A DNA stretch of 40,129 nt from an uncultured Erysipelotrichaceae bacterium (lineage in GTDB: Bacteria > Bacillota_I > Bacilli_A > Erysipelotrichales > Erysipelotrichaceae), in assembly GCA_964593515.1 (NCBI GenBank), contig CAZQJH010000001.1, positions 1 to 40,129 on the forward strand, given 5' to 3'. Below the pieces are notes generated by a model. It did not search any database and was not told the origin of the DNA. It saw only the letters and a list, made by a program, of their open reading frames with translations. Shown piece after piece: positions 28,323 through 40,102 of this stretch. Each line of letters opens with the position of its first letter. Position 1 is the stretch's first letter. A program made the translations under genes and the position numbers.

Positions 28323-28553
28323 ATGGCATTCAAAAAACAACGCATGGGACGTAAAAAAGTATGTTACTTTACAAAAAATAAAATCGAAACTATCGATTAC
28401 AAAGATGTTGAATTATTAAAAAGATTCATTTCAGCAAACGGTAAAATCGTTCCTAGACGTGTAACAGGAACTCGCGCTAAATACCAAAGAATGTTAGCTA
28501 CAGCAATCAAACGTGCACGTCAAATGGCTTTATTACCATACGTAAGCGAATAA
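28323..28553 (+). CDS. rpsR: 30S ribosomal protein S18
   Basis: 76 aa with [17 protein letters not shown] and [10 protein letters not shown]. Confidence 0.95.
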   Translation: MAFKKQRMGRKKVCYFTKNKIETIDYKDVELLKRFISANGKIVPRRVTGTRAKYQRMLATAIKRARQMALLPYVSE

Positions 28554-28563
28554 GATATTTATT

Positions 28564-28591
28564 AGACTTCCAGTGATGGAAGTCTTTTTTT
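28564..28591 (+). terminator. intrinsic terminator after rpsR
   Basis: AGACTTCC (28564-28571) pairs with GGAAGTCT (28578-28585). T7 follows. Confidence 0.85.
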
Positions 28592-28618
28592 GTACCTTTT
28601 TGCTAGGAAATAAAAAGA

Positions 28619-28647
28619 TTGACTAAAAGTACTTTGTGGCATAAAAT
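28619..28647 (+). promoter_or_regulatory. sigma-A-like promoter of yybS-gdpP-rplI-dnaB
   Basis: TTGACT (28619-28624), a 17-nt spacer, then TAAAAT (28642-28647). Confidence 0.45.
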
Positions 28648-28669
28648 ATCGTATAAGAAGGTGTATTGA

Positions 28670-29560
28670 ATGAATCGTCAAATATTAAAAATAACTGAAG
28701 GAGCTATTTATTGTAGCTTGATGATTGTATTTTTATTTATTAACCTACAGACAGGTTTATTTTTAGAATCAATGATGTATTGGATACTTAGTTTTCCTAT
28801 TATTATATATGGAGTAAAATATGGACTTAAAGCTAATTTAGTTTTATGTTTTGCTATTTTATTAGTATCGATGATGTTTTCATCGTTTACAACAATCTTT
28901 TATTTAATCAGTGCCATGATTGTAGGGATTGTTTATGCCCATGGGGTTAAAAAAAGAGTTAGTTCTAGTGGTTTAATGTTAATTAGCATGCTTTTTAACT
29001 TTATCTCCATTATTATATCAACTCTTTTATTAGCATCGCTATTTGGTTATAGTTTAGAAGAAGATATTGCTTTAGTACAATCGATACTAGATTTATTTAA
29101 AGTTAGTAATATTGATGTTATGTCTTTAGTTATGCTTGTAGGGGTTGTATATGCGATTGTATTAGCTTTATTACAAGGTTTTGTTATTCATTATGGAAGT
29201 ATTATCTTATTAAAAAGATTAAAGATTACAACTATCGAAAGTAAAAGTCCAATCTTTTTAGTTTTACCTAAATGGGTTAAATATGCTTGTATAACATGTT
29301 TTGCATTTTTTTATGTAACTACTTATTTTCAATTAAGTCAGTATCAACTATTAGGACAATGTTTAATGATTGCTGCTTATTTGATTTGCTGTGGATATGG
29401 AGTATGTATTCTTTGGTATCATAGTGTCTTAAAGCAAAAACGTTGGATGATGTTTGTAGCCTTATTATTAGCTTTTATACCAATTACTTCACAATTAATT
29501 GCATTTTATGGATTAGTGAATCAATTTGTTGATTCACGTCAAAGAAGGGAGCTTGTATGA
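28670..29560 (+). CDS. yybS: YybS-family (DUF2232) polytopic membrane protein
   Basis: 296 aa with many TM helices. It sits immediately upstream of and overlapping gdpP, as in Bacillus yybS-yybT. The call rests mainly on synteny and topology. Confidence 0.65.
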   Translation: MNRQILKITEGAIYCSLMIVFLFINLQTGLFLESMMYWILSFPIIIYGVKYGLKANLVLCFAILLVSMMFSSFTTIFYLISAMIVGIVYAHGVKKRVSSSGLMLISMLFNFISIIISTLLLASLFGYSLEEDIALVQSILDLFKVSNIDVMSLVMLVGVVYAIVLALLQGFVIHYGSIILLKRLKITTIESKSPIFLVLPKWVKYACITCFAFFYVTTYFQLSQYQLLGQCLMIAAYLICCGYGVCILWYHSVLKQKRWMMFVALLLAFIPITSQLIAFYGLVNQFVDSRQRRELV

Positions 29561-31545
29561 GATATTTAGAAAATATTAAAGTACAGTTAGTAATTTTAGT
29601 TTTAGCTCAAATTGTTTGTTTGCTATGCTTAAATTATGCACAAATAAATATGATTAATATTATACCTTTTGTCGTAATGGTAATTATTAATGGATTATTA
29701 TTACTATGGGTTGTTTATCGTCTTAGTAAAAATCGTCATGATCAAAATATTGAATTAAATCGTATTCTAGGGGTAGATGCGAAAGAAGCAATGATTTTAG
29801 CTAAGATGGGGATTGTTGTTTTTGATGAACAATACTATATTACTTGGGTTAGTGATTTCTTATTACAACGTTATCCTTCATTAGTAGGGAAAAAAGTAGG
29901 AGCATGGTTTAATGATTTAGCTCCATTAGTTAATGGTGAACAACAATTAGTTACGATTAAAGATAGTGATTATGTATATGAAATTAGCCGTAAAGAAAAT
30001 GCGGGAGTGTTATTTGTGAAAGATATTACTAACTATTATCAAGTTAATCAAAAGTTAAAAGATGATGGTTTAGTTATTGGTTTAATTCAATTAGATAATT
30101 ATTTAGAAATCCAACAATATGAAGATGAAACAAAGATGATGCAAATTAATAGTGTGGTACGTCAACCGATTGTGGAATGGGCATCACGTAATGAAATGCT
30201 GATTCGTCGTATTCGTAGTGATCGTTTCTTAGTTATCTTAACGGAAAAACAATTTAGAAATGTTATGAATGATAAATTCCAAATTTTAAATACCGTTAAG
30301 AAAAGTAGTGAAAGTATTGAAGTAGCAATTACATTAAGTATGGCTTTTGCTTATGGTACTAATGATTTATCTTTATTGGATACCATGGTAAATGATTTAT
30401 TAGAATTAGCGCAAAGTCGTGGGGGAGATCAAATTGCGATTAAACGCTTTGGGGAAAATGTTAAATTCTTTGGTGGAAATAGTGAAGCTAAAGAAAAACG
30501 AAGTAAAGTACGCGTTAGAGTTATGAATCAAGCTATTTTAGAAACTATTCATTCTAGTTCAAAAGTATTTGTGCTTGGACATAAAGATATGGATTTTGAC
30601 TGTATGGGAGCAGCGCTTTGTGTAAGTGCTATTACGCGTAATATTGGTAAGGAATGCTTTATTGTTTCGAAAAGTGGAGGTATTGAAGGTCAATTAAATG
30701 ATGCTTTATTAGAATATGAAAATATTTTATCAAATCGTTATCATTTTATTACTGATGAAGAAGCAAGCACATTAATTGATGAAAAAGATTTAGTTGTGGT
30801 AGTTGACCATAATAATGAAAGTCAATGTGGAGCACCTTTAACTTTAGCTAAAGCTAGTCGTACCATTATTATTGACCATCATCGTCGTGGGGAATGTTTT
30901 ATTACTAACCCATTATTAACTTATATTGAAACAAGTGCTAGTTCAACATGTGAATTAATGTGTGAATTTGTCCAATATCAAACTAAGTTTACTTTACCGC
31001 TAGAAGAAGCAACTTTAATGTATGCAGGTATTTTAGTGGATAGTAATCACTTTAGAGCTCGTACAGGAAGTCGAACATTTGAAGCAGCGGCTTATTTACG
31101 TAAAATCGGGGTTGATTGTAATGTAGCAGAAAATATGCTTAAAGAAACATATCTTGATTTTGCTGCGAAAAGTAAAGTAGTTAATTGTGCAATACCAATT
31201 GCGGATAAGATGTTAGTAGTACCATATGATGATGAACAAATTATTAATCGTACATTAATGTCACAAGCAGCTGATTCTTTATTAGATATTAAAGGAATGG
31301 AAGCTAGTTTCGTAATTGCTAGAATTAGTGCTAATGAAGTAGCTATTTCAGCACGTAGTAAAGGAGTTGTGAATGTGCAAGTCATTTTAGAAAAAATGAA
31401 TGGTGGAGGACATTTTTCGGCTGCTGGACTACAACGTAGTGATAGTAATGTAAGTGAGTTATATGAAGAATTAAAAACATGTATTGAACAATATATGTCA
31501 GAAATAAAGGAGGAATATAATCATGAAAGTAATCATGTTGAGTGA
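29557..31545 (+). CDS. gdpP: cyclic-di-AMP phosphodiesterase GdpP
   Basis: 662 aa. Two N-terminal TM helices, a PAS-like and degenerate GGDEF region, then DHH (IIIDHH) and DHHA1 (GGGH) motifs. Confidence 0.9.
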   Translation: MRYLENIKVQLVILVLAQIVCLLCLNYAQINMINIIPFVVMVIINGLLLLWVVYRLSKNRHDQNIELNRILGVDAKEAMILAKMGIVVFDEQYYITWVSDFLLQRYPSLVGKKVGAWFNDLAPLVNGEQQLVTIKDSDYVYEISRKENAGVLFVKDITNYYQVNQKLKDDGLVIGLIQLDNYLEIQQYEDETKMMQINSVVRQPIVEWASRNEMLIRRIRSDRFLVILTEKQFRNVMNDKFQILNTVKKSSESIEVAITLSMAFAYGTNDLSLLDTMVNDLLELAQSRGGDQIAIKRFGENVKFFGGNSEAKEKRSKVRVRVMNQAILETIHSSSKVFVLGHKDMDFDCMGAALCVSAITRNIGKECFIVSKSGGIEGQLNDALLEYENILSNRYHFITDEEASTLIDEKDLVVVVDHNNESQCGAPLTLAKASRTIIIDHHRRGECFITNPLLTYIETSASSTCELMCEFVQYQTKFTLPLEEATLMYAGILVDSNHFRARTGSRTFEAAAYLRKIGVDCNVAENMLKETYLDFAAKSKVVNCAIPIADKMLVVPYDDEQIINRTLMSQAADSLLDIKGMEASFVIARISANEVAISARSKGVVNVQVILEKMNGGGHFSAAGLQRSDSNVSELYEELKTCIEQYMSEIKEEYNHESNHVE

Positions 31546-31969
31546 TGTACGTAAAGTAGGAAATAAAGGTGAAATTAAAGAAGTTAGTGATGGATACGCT
31601 AAAAACTTCTTAATTAAACAAAATTTAGCGGTAGTAGCTAATGAGGCAAACTTAAAAGAATTAGAAGAACAAAATAAACAAAAAGCTTTAGAAGAAGCGC
31701 AAAAAGAAAAAGATGCAATTGCTTTAAAAGAAGTAATTGAAAACTTAAAATTAGATTTTAATTTACGTGTGGGAAAAGATGGACGCGTATTTGGAAGTGT
31801 TTCAAGTAAACAAATCGTGGAACAATTATTAAAAGTACATGGAATTAAAATTGAGAAAAAGAAACTAATCGATTCTTCACCAATTATTTGTTTAGGGGAA
31901 AGTAAAGTACGAATTGATTTATATCGTAATAAAGTTATTGCGGTATTAAAAATTCAAGTACATGGGTAG
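31523..31969 (+). CDS. rplI: 50S ribosomal protein L9
   Basis: [30 protein letters not shown]. The SD AAGGAGG lies inside the gdpP 3' end (23-nt overlap). Confidence 0.93.
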   Translation: MKVIMLSDVRKVGNKGEIKEVSDGYAKNFLIKQNLAVVANEANLKELEEQNKQKALEEAQKEKDAIALKEVIENLKLDFNLRVGKDGRVFGSVSSKQIVEQLLKVHGIKIEKKKLIDSSPIICLGESKVRIDLYRNKVIAVLKIQVHG

Positions 31970-31972
31970 TTT

Positions 31973-33334
31973 ATGAGTCGTGAATTACCTCACAGTAATG
32001 AGGCTGAACAAGCAATCTTAGGAGGAATGCTTGTTTATAGCGAAGTTAGTAAAATTGTTTTTGATGAAGGATTAGAAAAATATGATTTTTACTCAGATAT
32101 GCATCAAGAAATCTTTCAAGCAATGATGGATATTACTGATCAACATAAACCAATTGATGTAACAACATTAGTAGCGCGTCTACAAGATTTAGATATGTTG
32201 AATCGAGTTGGGGGTATTGATTATGTTGTGCAATTAGCTGATACTTCGATATCAAGTGTTAATTCACGTCATTATATCGATATTATTAAGAAACATGCCC
32301 ATGCTCGAAAGTTAATTGATTGTGCGAATCGCATTTTGGAAAAAGGATTTCAAGGCAGTGAAACGTTAGATGATATTATGGATTATGCTGAACGGGAGAT
32401 TTTAAATGTTACTAGAGATCGTAAAGCTAGTGAATTTAAAACTAGTCGTAGTGTAATTTCTAATGTTATGCAAGAATTAATGAATTTACGTAATAGTGAT
32501 TCACGAATTACCGGAGTTAAAACTGGTTATATTGATTTAGATAAAAAAACTAATGGTTTTCAACGTGGAGATTTAATTATTCTTGCGGCTCGTCCAGCGA
32601 TGGGGAAAACGGCTTTTGCTTTAAACTTAGCTTTAAATGCATCGTTTTATAACCCTGGAGCAATTGCTATTTTTGAACTGGAAATGCCTGCTGAACAATT
32701 AATGCGTCGTATTTTAAGTGCTAAAAGTTATGTTGAATCTAGTAAGATGCGTAGTGGGTTTATTAGTGATGAAGAATTTAATAAATTAAACGAAGCAGCC
32801 AACGAATTAATGGGAAGTAAAATCTTTATTGATGATTCTTCTAATATTAAAGTTGGTGAAATATATTCGAAATGTCGTAAATTAAAAAGTGAACATGGTT
32901 TAGATTTAATTGTAATTGATTATCTACAATTGATTAGTGGAAATAGTTCACGTGGTAGTGATAATCGCCAACAAGAAATTTCAGAAATCTCAAGAGCATT
33001 AAAAGGATTAGCGAGAGAAATGAATTGTCCAGTTATTGCTTTATCACAATTATCACGTAGTGTTGAAACAAGAAGTGATAAACGTCCAATGTTATCTGAT
33101 TTACGTGAATCAGGAGCTATTGAACAAGATGCGGATATTGTTATGTTCTTATATCGTGATGAATATTATAAGAAAAAAGATGGTGAAGATGAAGAAATAG
33201 AAGAAGATCCAAATGCAACTGATAAAACAGATGTAGATATTGCGAAACATCGTAATGGTTCTACTGGTCAGGTGTCATTAGCCTTCCAAAAATCAATTCA
33301 AGCTTTCTTTAACTTATCATCAGAGGGTAATTAA
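31973..33334 (+). CDS. dnaB: replicative DNA helicase (DnaB family; DnaC in Bacillus nomenclature)
   Basis: 453 aa with LPHSNEAEQAILG, Walker A ARPAMGKT, and DYLQLI and SQLSR motifs. Confidence 0.95.
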   Translation: MSRELPHSNEAEQAILGGMLVYSEVSKIVFDEGLEKYDFYSDMHQEIFQAMMDITDQHKPIDVTTLVARLQDLDMLNRVGGIDYVVQLADTSISSVNSRHYIDIIKKHAHARKLIDCANRILEKGFQGSETLDDIMDYAEREILNVTRDRKASEFKTSRSVISNVMQELMNLRNSDSRITGVKTGYIDLDKKTNGFQRGDLIILAARPAMGKTAFALNLALNASFYNPGAIAIFELEMPAEQLMRRILSAKSYVESSKMRSGFISDEEFNKLNEAANELMGSKIFIDDSSNIKVGEIYSKCRKLKSEHGLDLIVIDYLQLISGNSSRGSDNRQQEISEISRALKGLAREMNCPVIALSQLSRSVETRSDKRPMLSDLRESGAIEQDADIVMFLYRDEYYKKKDGEDEEIEEDPNATDKTDVDIAKHRNGSTGQVSLAFQKSIQAFFNLSSEGN

Positions 33335-33335
33335 A

Positions 33336-34079
33336 ATGAGATTTACTTTATTAGCAAGTGGTTCGAAGGGAAATTGTTGTGTTATTCAACATGAAGATGC
33401 GACAATTGTTATTGATTGTGGTAGTACCCAACGTTATCTTGAAAAACAATTTAAAGAAATTGAAGTTGATTATAAAAAAGTTGATGCCTTATTAATTACG
33501 CATATGCATAAAGATCATACTAGTCAATTGAAGATGTTTGATCATGTAGATACATATTGTAGTGTTGTAGCGGACACTGATTGTTTAAACGTTGTGGAAG
33601 CATATGAACAATTTCAAATTAAGAATTTAAAAGTTCAAGTTATACCATTATCACATGATAGTGAAAAAACAGTAGGCTATATTATTCGTAGTGAGCAAGA
33701 AAAGTTGGTTTATATTACTGATACGGGATATGTTGCGAATGATGTGAAAGCATTAATTAGTGGAGCTGATTACTATATCTTTGAAAGTAATCATGATGTG
33801 GAAATGTTGATGGCAACTAAACGTCCATATTTCATTAAACAGCGTATCATTTCGGATATAGGACATTTATGTAATGAAGATAGTGCTAATATCTTAAGTC
33901 AAGTAATTGCACCAGAAAAAACTAAAGAAATTGTCTTGGCGCATATTTCACGAGAAGGAAATACAACGCAATTAGCATATGATACTTTGGTTTCAACATT
34001 ACAACGTAAAGGCATTGATGCAACTAAGATGAGAATTCATGCCGCCCAACAATTTGGGATATATCAAGGTGGTTTATGA
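33336..34079 (+). CDS. MBL-fold metallo-hydrolase (YycJ/WalJ-like)
   Basis: 247 aa with LASGSKGNC and HMHKDH (HxHxDH). Its position next to rlmH matches Bacillus yycJ-rlmH. Confidence 0.8.
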   Translation: MRFTLLASGSKGNCCVIQHEDATIVIDCGSTQRYLEKQFKEIEVDYKKVDALLITHMHKDHTSQLKMFDHVDTYCSVVADTDCLNVVEAYEQFQIKNLKVQVIPLSHDSEKTVGYIIRSEQEKLVYITDTGYVANDVKALISGADYYIFESNHDVEMLMATKRPYFIKQRIISDIGHLCNEDSANILSQVIAPEKTKEIVLAHISREGNTTQLAYDTLVSTLQRKGIDATKMRIHAAQQFGIYQGGL

Positions 34080-34552
34080 TAAAAATAGTAGCAGTAGGAA
34101 AAATAAAAGAAAAATTTGTGAAGGATTATATTAATGAGTATGTGAAAAGACTTAAAGCATTTACTAAGGTTGAAATTATTGAAGTAAATGAAGAAATTAT
34201 TCCACAAAATAATTCACAAGCCCAAAATGAACAAGCTAAAGAAAAAGAAGGACAAGCTTTATTAGCTAAAATTAAAGATGGTGAATATGTTGTATTATTA
34301 GACTTATGGGGAGAAATGCTTGATAGTGTGGCTTTTTCTAAGAAATTAGAACAAATTCAAACTTATCATGCTTCAACCATTACTTTTGTGATTGCTGGTT
34401 CATTAGGTCCTGGTCAAAATGTTTATAAACGAGCTAATTATCGTTTAAAATTATCAGATATGACTTTTACCCATCAAATGACACGAGTGATCTTGTTGGA
34501 ACAAGTATATCGTGGATATATGATTAAAAATAATAATCCTTATCATAAATAA
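34076..34552 (+). CDS. rlmH: 23S rRNA (pseudouridine1915-N3)-methyltransferase
   Basis: 158 aa SPOUT protein with MIKIVAVGKIKEKF, FVIAGSLG and MTFTHQM. It has an ATGA overlap with the upstream gene. Confidence 0.9.
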   Translation: MIKIVAVGKIKEKFVKDYINEYVKRLKAFTKVEIIEVNEEIIPQNNSQAQNEQAKEKEGQALLAKIKDGEYVVLLDLWGEMLDSVAFSKKLEQIQTYHASTITFVIAGSLGPGQNVYKRANYRLKLSDMTFTHQMTRVILLEQVYRGYMIKNNNPYHK

Positions 34553-34557
34553 CTAGT

Positions 34558-34588
34558 AAGAAGATTGTGGAAACAGTCTTCTTTTTTT
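34558..34588 (+). terminator. intrinsic terminator after rlmH
   Basis: GAAGATTGT (34560-34568) pairs with ACAGTCTTC (34573-34581) with loop GGAA. T7 follows. Confidence 0.85.
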
Positions 34589-34645
34589 GCTTAAAAAGCA
34601 TATTTAAAGAAAGTGAAAAAAGTTAAAAATTTTTAAAAAAAATAG

Positions 34646-34674
34646 TTGACAAATAAAATGGTTAGATATAGAAT
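34646..34674 (+). promoter_or_regulatory. sigma-A-like promoter of the str operon
   Basis: TTGACA (34646-34651), a 17-nt spacer, then TAGAAT (34669-34674). Confidence 0.6.
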
Positions 34675-34764
34675 ATTCTAGCAAGCGCCAAGTGTGTGCT
34701 TGAAAATGACACACCCGGAAATGTGTGTTGAGAAAGAAAAGAAAGAGAGGAAAGGAGGAGACAT

Positions 34765-35187
34765 ATGCCAACTATTAACCAATTAATTAGAAAAGGTAGA
34801 GAAAAAAGCATCAACGTTTCTAAATCACCAGCTTTAAACAGAGGGTACAACTCATTAAAGAAACGTCCTACTAACTTAAGTGCACCACAAAAACGTGGAG
34901 TTTGTACACGTGTTGGAACAATGACACCTAAGAAACCAAACTCAGCACTTCGTAAATATGCTCGTGTTCGTTTAAGTAATGGAATGGAAGTTACTGCTTA
35001 CATCCCAGGTATTGGACACAACTTACAAGAACACAGTGTTGTTATGATTCGTGGAGGACGTGTTAAAGACTTACCAGGGGTACGTTACCACATTATTCGT
35101 GGAACATTAGACTGTGCTGGTGTGGCTAACCGTAACCAAGGACGTTCATTATATGGGGCTAAAAAGCCAAAAGCAGGTAAAAAATAA
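34765..35187 (+). CDS. rpsL: 30S ribosomal protein S12
   Basis: [12 protein letters not shown]... [10 protein letters not shown]. Confidence 0.97.
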   Translation: MPTINQLIRKGREKSINVSKSPALNRGYNSLKKRPTNLSAPQKRGVCTRVGTMTPKKPNSALRKYARVRLSNGMEVTAYIPGIGHNLQEHSVVMIRGGRVKDLPGVRYHIIRGTLDCAGVANRNQGRSLYGAKKPKAGKK

Positions 35188-35201
35188 GAAATCAATTATG
35201 A

Positions 35202-35687
<486 letters not shown>

Positions 35688-35702
35688 GAAAGGAGAAATA
35701 TC

Positions 35703-37802
35703 ATGCCACGTAAGATTTCATTAGAAAACACACGTAACATTGGTATTATGGCGCACATTGACGCTGGTAAAACTACAACTACAGAACGTATCTTATTCTA
35801 TACAGGGGTAAATCACAAAATTGGAGAAACTCACGATGGAGCTTCAACAATGGACTGGATGGAACAAGAACAAGAACGTGGGATCACAATTACATCTGCA
35901 GCTACAACTGCTCAATGGTCTGGAACTAACCACCAATTTGATGCTCACCGTTTAAACATTATCGATACTCCAGGTCACGTTGACTTCACAGTAGAAGTTG
36001 AACGTTCACTTCGTGTATTAGACGGTGCGGTAACTGTATTAGATGCTAAAGCAGGGGTTGAACCTCAAACTGAAACAGTTTGGCGTCAAGCTACTAACTA
36101 CAAGGTACCACGTATCGTATTCTGTAACAAGATGGATGCTACTGGGGCTGACTTCTTAATGTCATGTCAAACAATCGTAGATCGTTTAGGAGCTAAATCT
36201 TGTCCAATTCAATTACCAATCGGAGCTGAATCAAGTTTCGAAGGTATCGTAGACATCATTGAAAGAAAAGCATTATACAACACAGGAGACAAAGGAACTG
36301 TAGTTGAAGAACGTGAAGTTCCTGCTGACTTAGTTGATTTAATGGAAGAAAAACGTCAAGAATTAATCGAATACTTAGCTGATTACGACGAAGAATTCAT
36401 GATGGCTGTATTAGAAGGTGAAGAACCAAGCATCGAAGATATTAAACGTGTTCTTCGTATTGCTGTATGTACTGGAGATTTCTTCCCAGTATTATGTGGT
36501 TCTGCATATAAAAACAAAGGGGTTCAAATGGTATTAGATGCTGTTGTTGAATACTTACCTTCACCATTAGATATTCCTGCTATTAAAGGAACATTAGAAG
36601 ATGGAAGTGAAGTTGAACGTCACGCTGACGACAACGAACCATTCTCAGCATTAGCATTCAAAATTGCTACTGACCCATTCGTAGGAAAATTATCATTCTT
36701 CCGTGTTTACTCAGGTACTGCTAAATCAGGAAGTTATGTAATGAACTCTACAAAAGGTAAGAGAGAACGTTTTGGACGTTTAGTTCAAATGCACTCTAAC
36801 TCAAGAACTGAAATTGATGAAGTATTTGCTGGGGATATCGCAGCAGCAGTTGGTTTAAAACAAACTACTACTGGAGATACATTATGTGCTGAAGATGCTC
36901 ACATCATTCTTGAAACAATGGAATTCCCAGAACCAGTTATCCAATTAAGTCTTGAACCTAAAACTAAAAATGACCAAGATAAGATGGGATTAGCTTTAGC
37001 TAAATTAGCTGAAGAAGACCCAACTTTCAAAACTTACACTGACCAAGAAACAGGACAAACAATTATTGCTGGGGTAGGAGAATTACACTTAGACATTATT
37101 GTTGACCGTTTACGTCGTGAGTTCAAAGTTGAAACTAACGTAGGTCAACCAATGGTTGCTTACCGTGAAACTATTGAACAAGCTGCAGAATGTGAAGGAA
37201 AATACGTTCGTCAATCTGGTGGTCGTGGACAATATGGACACGTATGGATTAAATTCGAACCACAAGAAGAAGGAAAAGGATTTGAATTCGTTGATGCTAC
37301 TGTTGGAGGAAGTGTTCCTCGTGAATACATCAAACCAACTGAAGAAGGATTAATTGATGCTTTAGATAAAGGTATCGTTGCTGGTTACCCAGTAATCGAC
37401 ATTAAAGCAACATTATTCGATGGATCTTACCATGACGTTGACTCTAGTGAAATGGCATATAAGATCGCTGCTTCAATGGCATTAAAAGCTGCTGCTAAAA
37501 AATGTAAACCAGTTATCTTAGAACCAATCATGATGGTTGAAGTTACTGCACCAAGCGAATACTTAGGTAGCGTTATGGGTGACGTAAGTTCTCGTCGTGG
37601 TCAAATTACTGACCAAGAAGAAAGAGGAAATGCAATCGTTGTTAAAGCGCACATTCCTTTATCAGAAATGTTTGGATACGTAACTGACTTACGTTCATTC
37701 ACTCAAGGTCGTGGAAACTACTCTATGAAGTTCGACCACTACAGCAAAGTACCTAACAGTATTGCTGAAAAGATCATTAAAAACAACAGTTCTGACAATT
37801 AA
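35703..37802 (+). CDS. fusA: elongation factor G
   Basis: 699 aa with [25 protein letters not shown] and NKMD. Confidence 0.97.
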   Translation: MPRKISLENTRNIGIMAHIDAGKTTTTERILFYTGVNHKIGETHDGASTMDWMEQEQERGITITSAATTAQWSGTNHQFDAHRLNIIDTPGHVDFTVEVERSLRVLDGAVTVLDAKAGVEPQTETVWRQATNYKVPRIVFCNKMDATGADFLMSCQTIVDRLGAKSCPIQLPIGAESSFEGIVDIIERKALYNTGDKGTVVEEREVPADLVDLMEEKRQELIEYLADYDEEFMMAVLEGEEPSIEDIKRVLRIAVCTGDFFPVLCGSAYKNKGVQMVLDAVVEYLPSPLDIPAIKGTLEDGSEVERHADDNEPFSALAFKIATDPFVGKLSFFRVYSGTAKSGSYVMNSTKGKRERFGRLVQMHSNSRTEIDEVFAGDIAAAVGLKQTTTGDTLCAEDAHIILETMEFPEPVIQLSLEPKTKNDQDKMGLALAKLAEEDPTFKTYTDQETGQTIIAGVGELHLDIIVDRLRREFKVETNVGQPMVAYRETIEQAAECEGKYVRQSGGRGQYGHVWIKFEPQEEGKGFEFVDATVGGSVPREYIKPTEEGLIDALDKGIVAGYPVIDIKATLFDGSYHDVDSSEMAYKIAASMALKAAAKKCKPVILEPIMMVEVTAPSEYLGSVMGDVSSRRGQITDQEERGNAIVVKAHIPLSEMFGYVTDLRSFTQGRGNYSMKFDHYSKVPNSIAEKIIKNNSSDN

Positions 37803-37869
37803 TTGTTGCTTTTAAGATAAATTTGAATTATTATATTAATGATAAGAAAACCATAGGAGGAAATTTAAA

Positions 37870-39054
37870 ATGGCAAAACAAAAATTTGATCGTTCTAAAA
37901 CTCACGTTAACATTGGAACAATCGGACACGTTGACCACGGGAAAACTACTTTAACTGCTGCTATTACTAACGTATTAGCTAAAAACGGTATGGCTCAAGC
38001 TCAAGCTTACGACCAAATCGATGGAGCACCTGAAGAAAAAGAACGTGGAATCACAATCAACACTGCACACGTTGAATACCAAACTGAAAAACGTCACTAC
38101 GCTCACGTAGACTGTCCAGGTCACGCTGACTACGTTAAAAACATGATCACTGGGGCTGCTCAAATGGACGGAGCTATCTTAGTAGTAGCTGCTTCTGATG
38201 GACCTATGCCTCAAACTCGTGAACACATCTTATTAGCACGTCAAGTAGGTGTACCTTACATCGTAGTATTCTTAAACAAATGTGACTTAGTTGATGACGA
38301 AGAATTAATCGACTTAGTAGAAATGGAAGTTCGTGACTTATTAAGCGAATACGGATTCGATGGAGAAAACACTCCAGTTATCCGTGGATCTGCTTACCAA
38401 GCATTACAAGGAAACCCAGAATACGAAGCAAAAATCAACGAATTAATGGACGCTGTTGATGAATACGTACCTGACCCAACTCGTGATGTAGATAAACCAT
38501 TCTTAATGTCAGTAGAAGACGTTATGACTATTACTGGACGTGGAACAGTTGCTACTGGACGTGTTGAACGTGGAATCGTTAAATTAAACGAAGAAGTTGA
38601 AATCGTTGGTATCAAAGATACTCGTAAAACAGTTGTTACAGGATTAGAAATGTTCCGTAAACAATTAGACTTCGCTGAATCAGGAGACAACATCGGTGCT
38701 TTATTACGTGGGGTTAACCGTGATGAAATCCAACGTGGACAAGTTTTAGCTAAACCTGGAACTGTAAACCCACACACTAAATTCACTGCTGCTGTTTATG
38801 TATTAAGCAAAGAAGAAGGTGGACGTCACACTCCATTCGTTTCTAACTACCGTCCTCAATTCTACTTCCGTACAACAGACGTTACTGGAGTAATCACTTT
38901 ACCAGAAGGTGTAGATATGGTTATGCCTGGTGACAACGTTGACATGAACGTAGAATTAATCGCTCCAATCGCTATCGAACAAGGAACTAAATTCTCTATT
39001 CGTGAAGGTGGACGTACAGTAGGTTCTGGATCAGTTACTGAAATCGTTGAGTAA
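37870..39054 (+). CDS. tuf: elongation factor Tu
   Basis: 394 aa with [18 protein letters not shown] and NKCD. Confidence 0.98.
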   Translation: MAKQKFDRSKTHVNIGTIGHVDHGKTTLTAAITNVLAKNGMAQAQAYDQIDGAPEEKERGITINTAHVEYQTEKRHYAHVDCPGHADYVKNMITGAAQMDGAILVVAASDGPMPQTREHILLARQVGVPYIVVFLNKCDLVDDEELIDLVEMEVRDLLSEYGFDGENTPVIRGSAYQALQGNPEYEAKINELMDAVDEYVPDPTRDVDKPFLMSVEDVMTITGRGTVATGRVERGIVKLNEEVEIVGIKDTRKTVVTGLEMFRKQLDFAESGDNIGALLRGVNRDEIQRGQVLAKPGTVNPHTKFTAAVYVLSKEEGGRHTPFVSNYRPQFYFRTTDVTGVITLPEGVDMVMPGDNVDMNVELIAPIAIEQGTKFSIREGGRTVGSGSVTEIVE

Positions 39055-39076
39055 TTTAATCTAAAATATACTAATT

Positions 39077-39110
39077 AAAACTTGAAAGTTTCGACTTTCA
39101 AGTTTTTTTT
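39077..39110 (+). terminator. intrinsic terminator after tuf
   Basis: CTTGAAAGT (39081-39089) pairs with ACTTTCAAG (39094-39102) with loop TTCG. T8 follows. Confidence 0.9.
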
Positions 39111-39170
39111 ATTATTTTTTTTTAGAATTTATCTTCTTCATACGAACAATAATATGAAGGAGGTGAAAAC

Positions 39171-40052
39171 ATGATAGAGTCACTACTGATTAAGCAATAT
39201 AAAGATCGATATGATGAATGTGCTAAGCGGATTATGGCTAATAAATATATTTTAGCTTTTCTATTAAAAAAGTTGATTGTTGATTTTAAGACTTATGATA
39301 TTGAAGATATCATTCCATATCTTGATAACGATATTAAAATAAGTGAAGTTGATGAAGAGATGATTTGTTATGATTTACTTTTTTATGTAACTAGTCCAAT
39401 TACATATCAAAAGATGTTGATTAATATCGAGATCCAACAAGGATTAAATAGCCATTATAAGATGTGTAATCGTGAATTGTATTATACTTCACGAATGGTA
39501 TCATCCCAAAAGAATCGTGAATTTATTAAACAAAATTATGATCATATAATTAAAATACATTCGATTTGGTTATTGTTGTTTATGGATGATTACTTCATTC
39601 AAATACAAAAATTTCAACCTATAGTATTATCTGGTAAAACTAAATTAAAAAGTAATGATATTTCTAATATTTATGAAGTAGGATTAGGTAAAGGTAATAT
39701 TCCTAAAGATGAGTATTATGATTTATATTACTTATTAGATTTAGTCTTTAGAAGTAAGTTGAATTCTAAAGAAAAAATAGCCATTTTAGATGACAAATAC
39801 GGAATACTATTTAATGAAGAGGGAAGAAAGGATGTGAATGATATGTGTAATGCATCACTTGGATTAATAAGAACTTCTTTTGAAGATGGACTTAACGAAG
39901 GAATTGCAGCGGAAAGAAAACGTAATGAAGCACAAAATAAACAAACAATCATAAATTTACATAATCTAAATCTATCAATCGAAGATATTGCTACTTGTAT
40001 GAATCGAAGTGTTGAGGAAGTACAAGCAATTATTAACGAAGCACTTAATTAA
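39171..40052 (+). CDS. Rpn/YhgA-like PD-(D/E)XK nuclease family protein ('PDDEXK transposase' family)
   Basis: 293 aa. The N-terminal half has the D...(I/V)EIQ pattern (YDLLFYV ... LINIEIQQ). The C-terminal helical tail (SIEDIATCMNRSVEEVQAIINEA) is typical of this family. SD is GAAGGAGG. Confidence 0.6.
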   Translation: MIESLLIKQYKDRYDECAKRIMANKYILAFLLKKLIVDFKTYDIEDIIPYLDNDIKISEVDEEMICYDLLFYVTSPITYQKMLINIEIQQGLNSHYKMCNRELYYTSRMVSSQKNREFIKQNYDHIIKIHSIWLLLFMDDYFIQIQKFQPIVLSGKTKLKSNDISNIYEVGLGKGNIPKDEYYDLYYLLDLVFRSKLNSKEKIAILDDKYGILFNEEGRKDVNDMCNASLGLIRTSFEDGLNEGIAAERKRNEAQNKQTIINLHNLNLSIEDIATCMNRSVEEVQAIINEALN

Positions 40053-40064
40053 TCTTTAAAACAT

Positions 40065-40102
40065 AAATAGACTGATCAATTGATGTTGATTAGTCTATTT
40101 TT
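40065..40102 (+). terminator. intrinsic terminator after the Rpn-like gene
   Basis: AAATAGACTGATCAA (40065-40079) pairs with TTGATTAGTCTATTT (40086-40100): 15 bp including one G-U pair. A T-run follows. Confidence 0.8.

Noticed and set aside
38394-38786. A 130-aa ORF antisense to tuf. The track has many similar 61-97-aa antisense ORFs: 715-930, 3598-3795, 12561-12755, 14996-15205, 16625-16855, 20395-20583, 21840-22025, 24274-24462, 26260-26445, 26616-26846, 27440-27658, 27704-27889, 31092-31385, 34662-34850, 37975-38163 and 39728-39952.
   Set aside because: Each lies entirely inside or across a strongly supported conserved gene on the opposite strand. None has an SD or promoter. Their compositions are the low-complexity Ser/Leu/Thr-rich type expected from reverse-complement reading of AT-rich codons. 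They are shadow ORFs.
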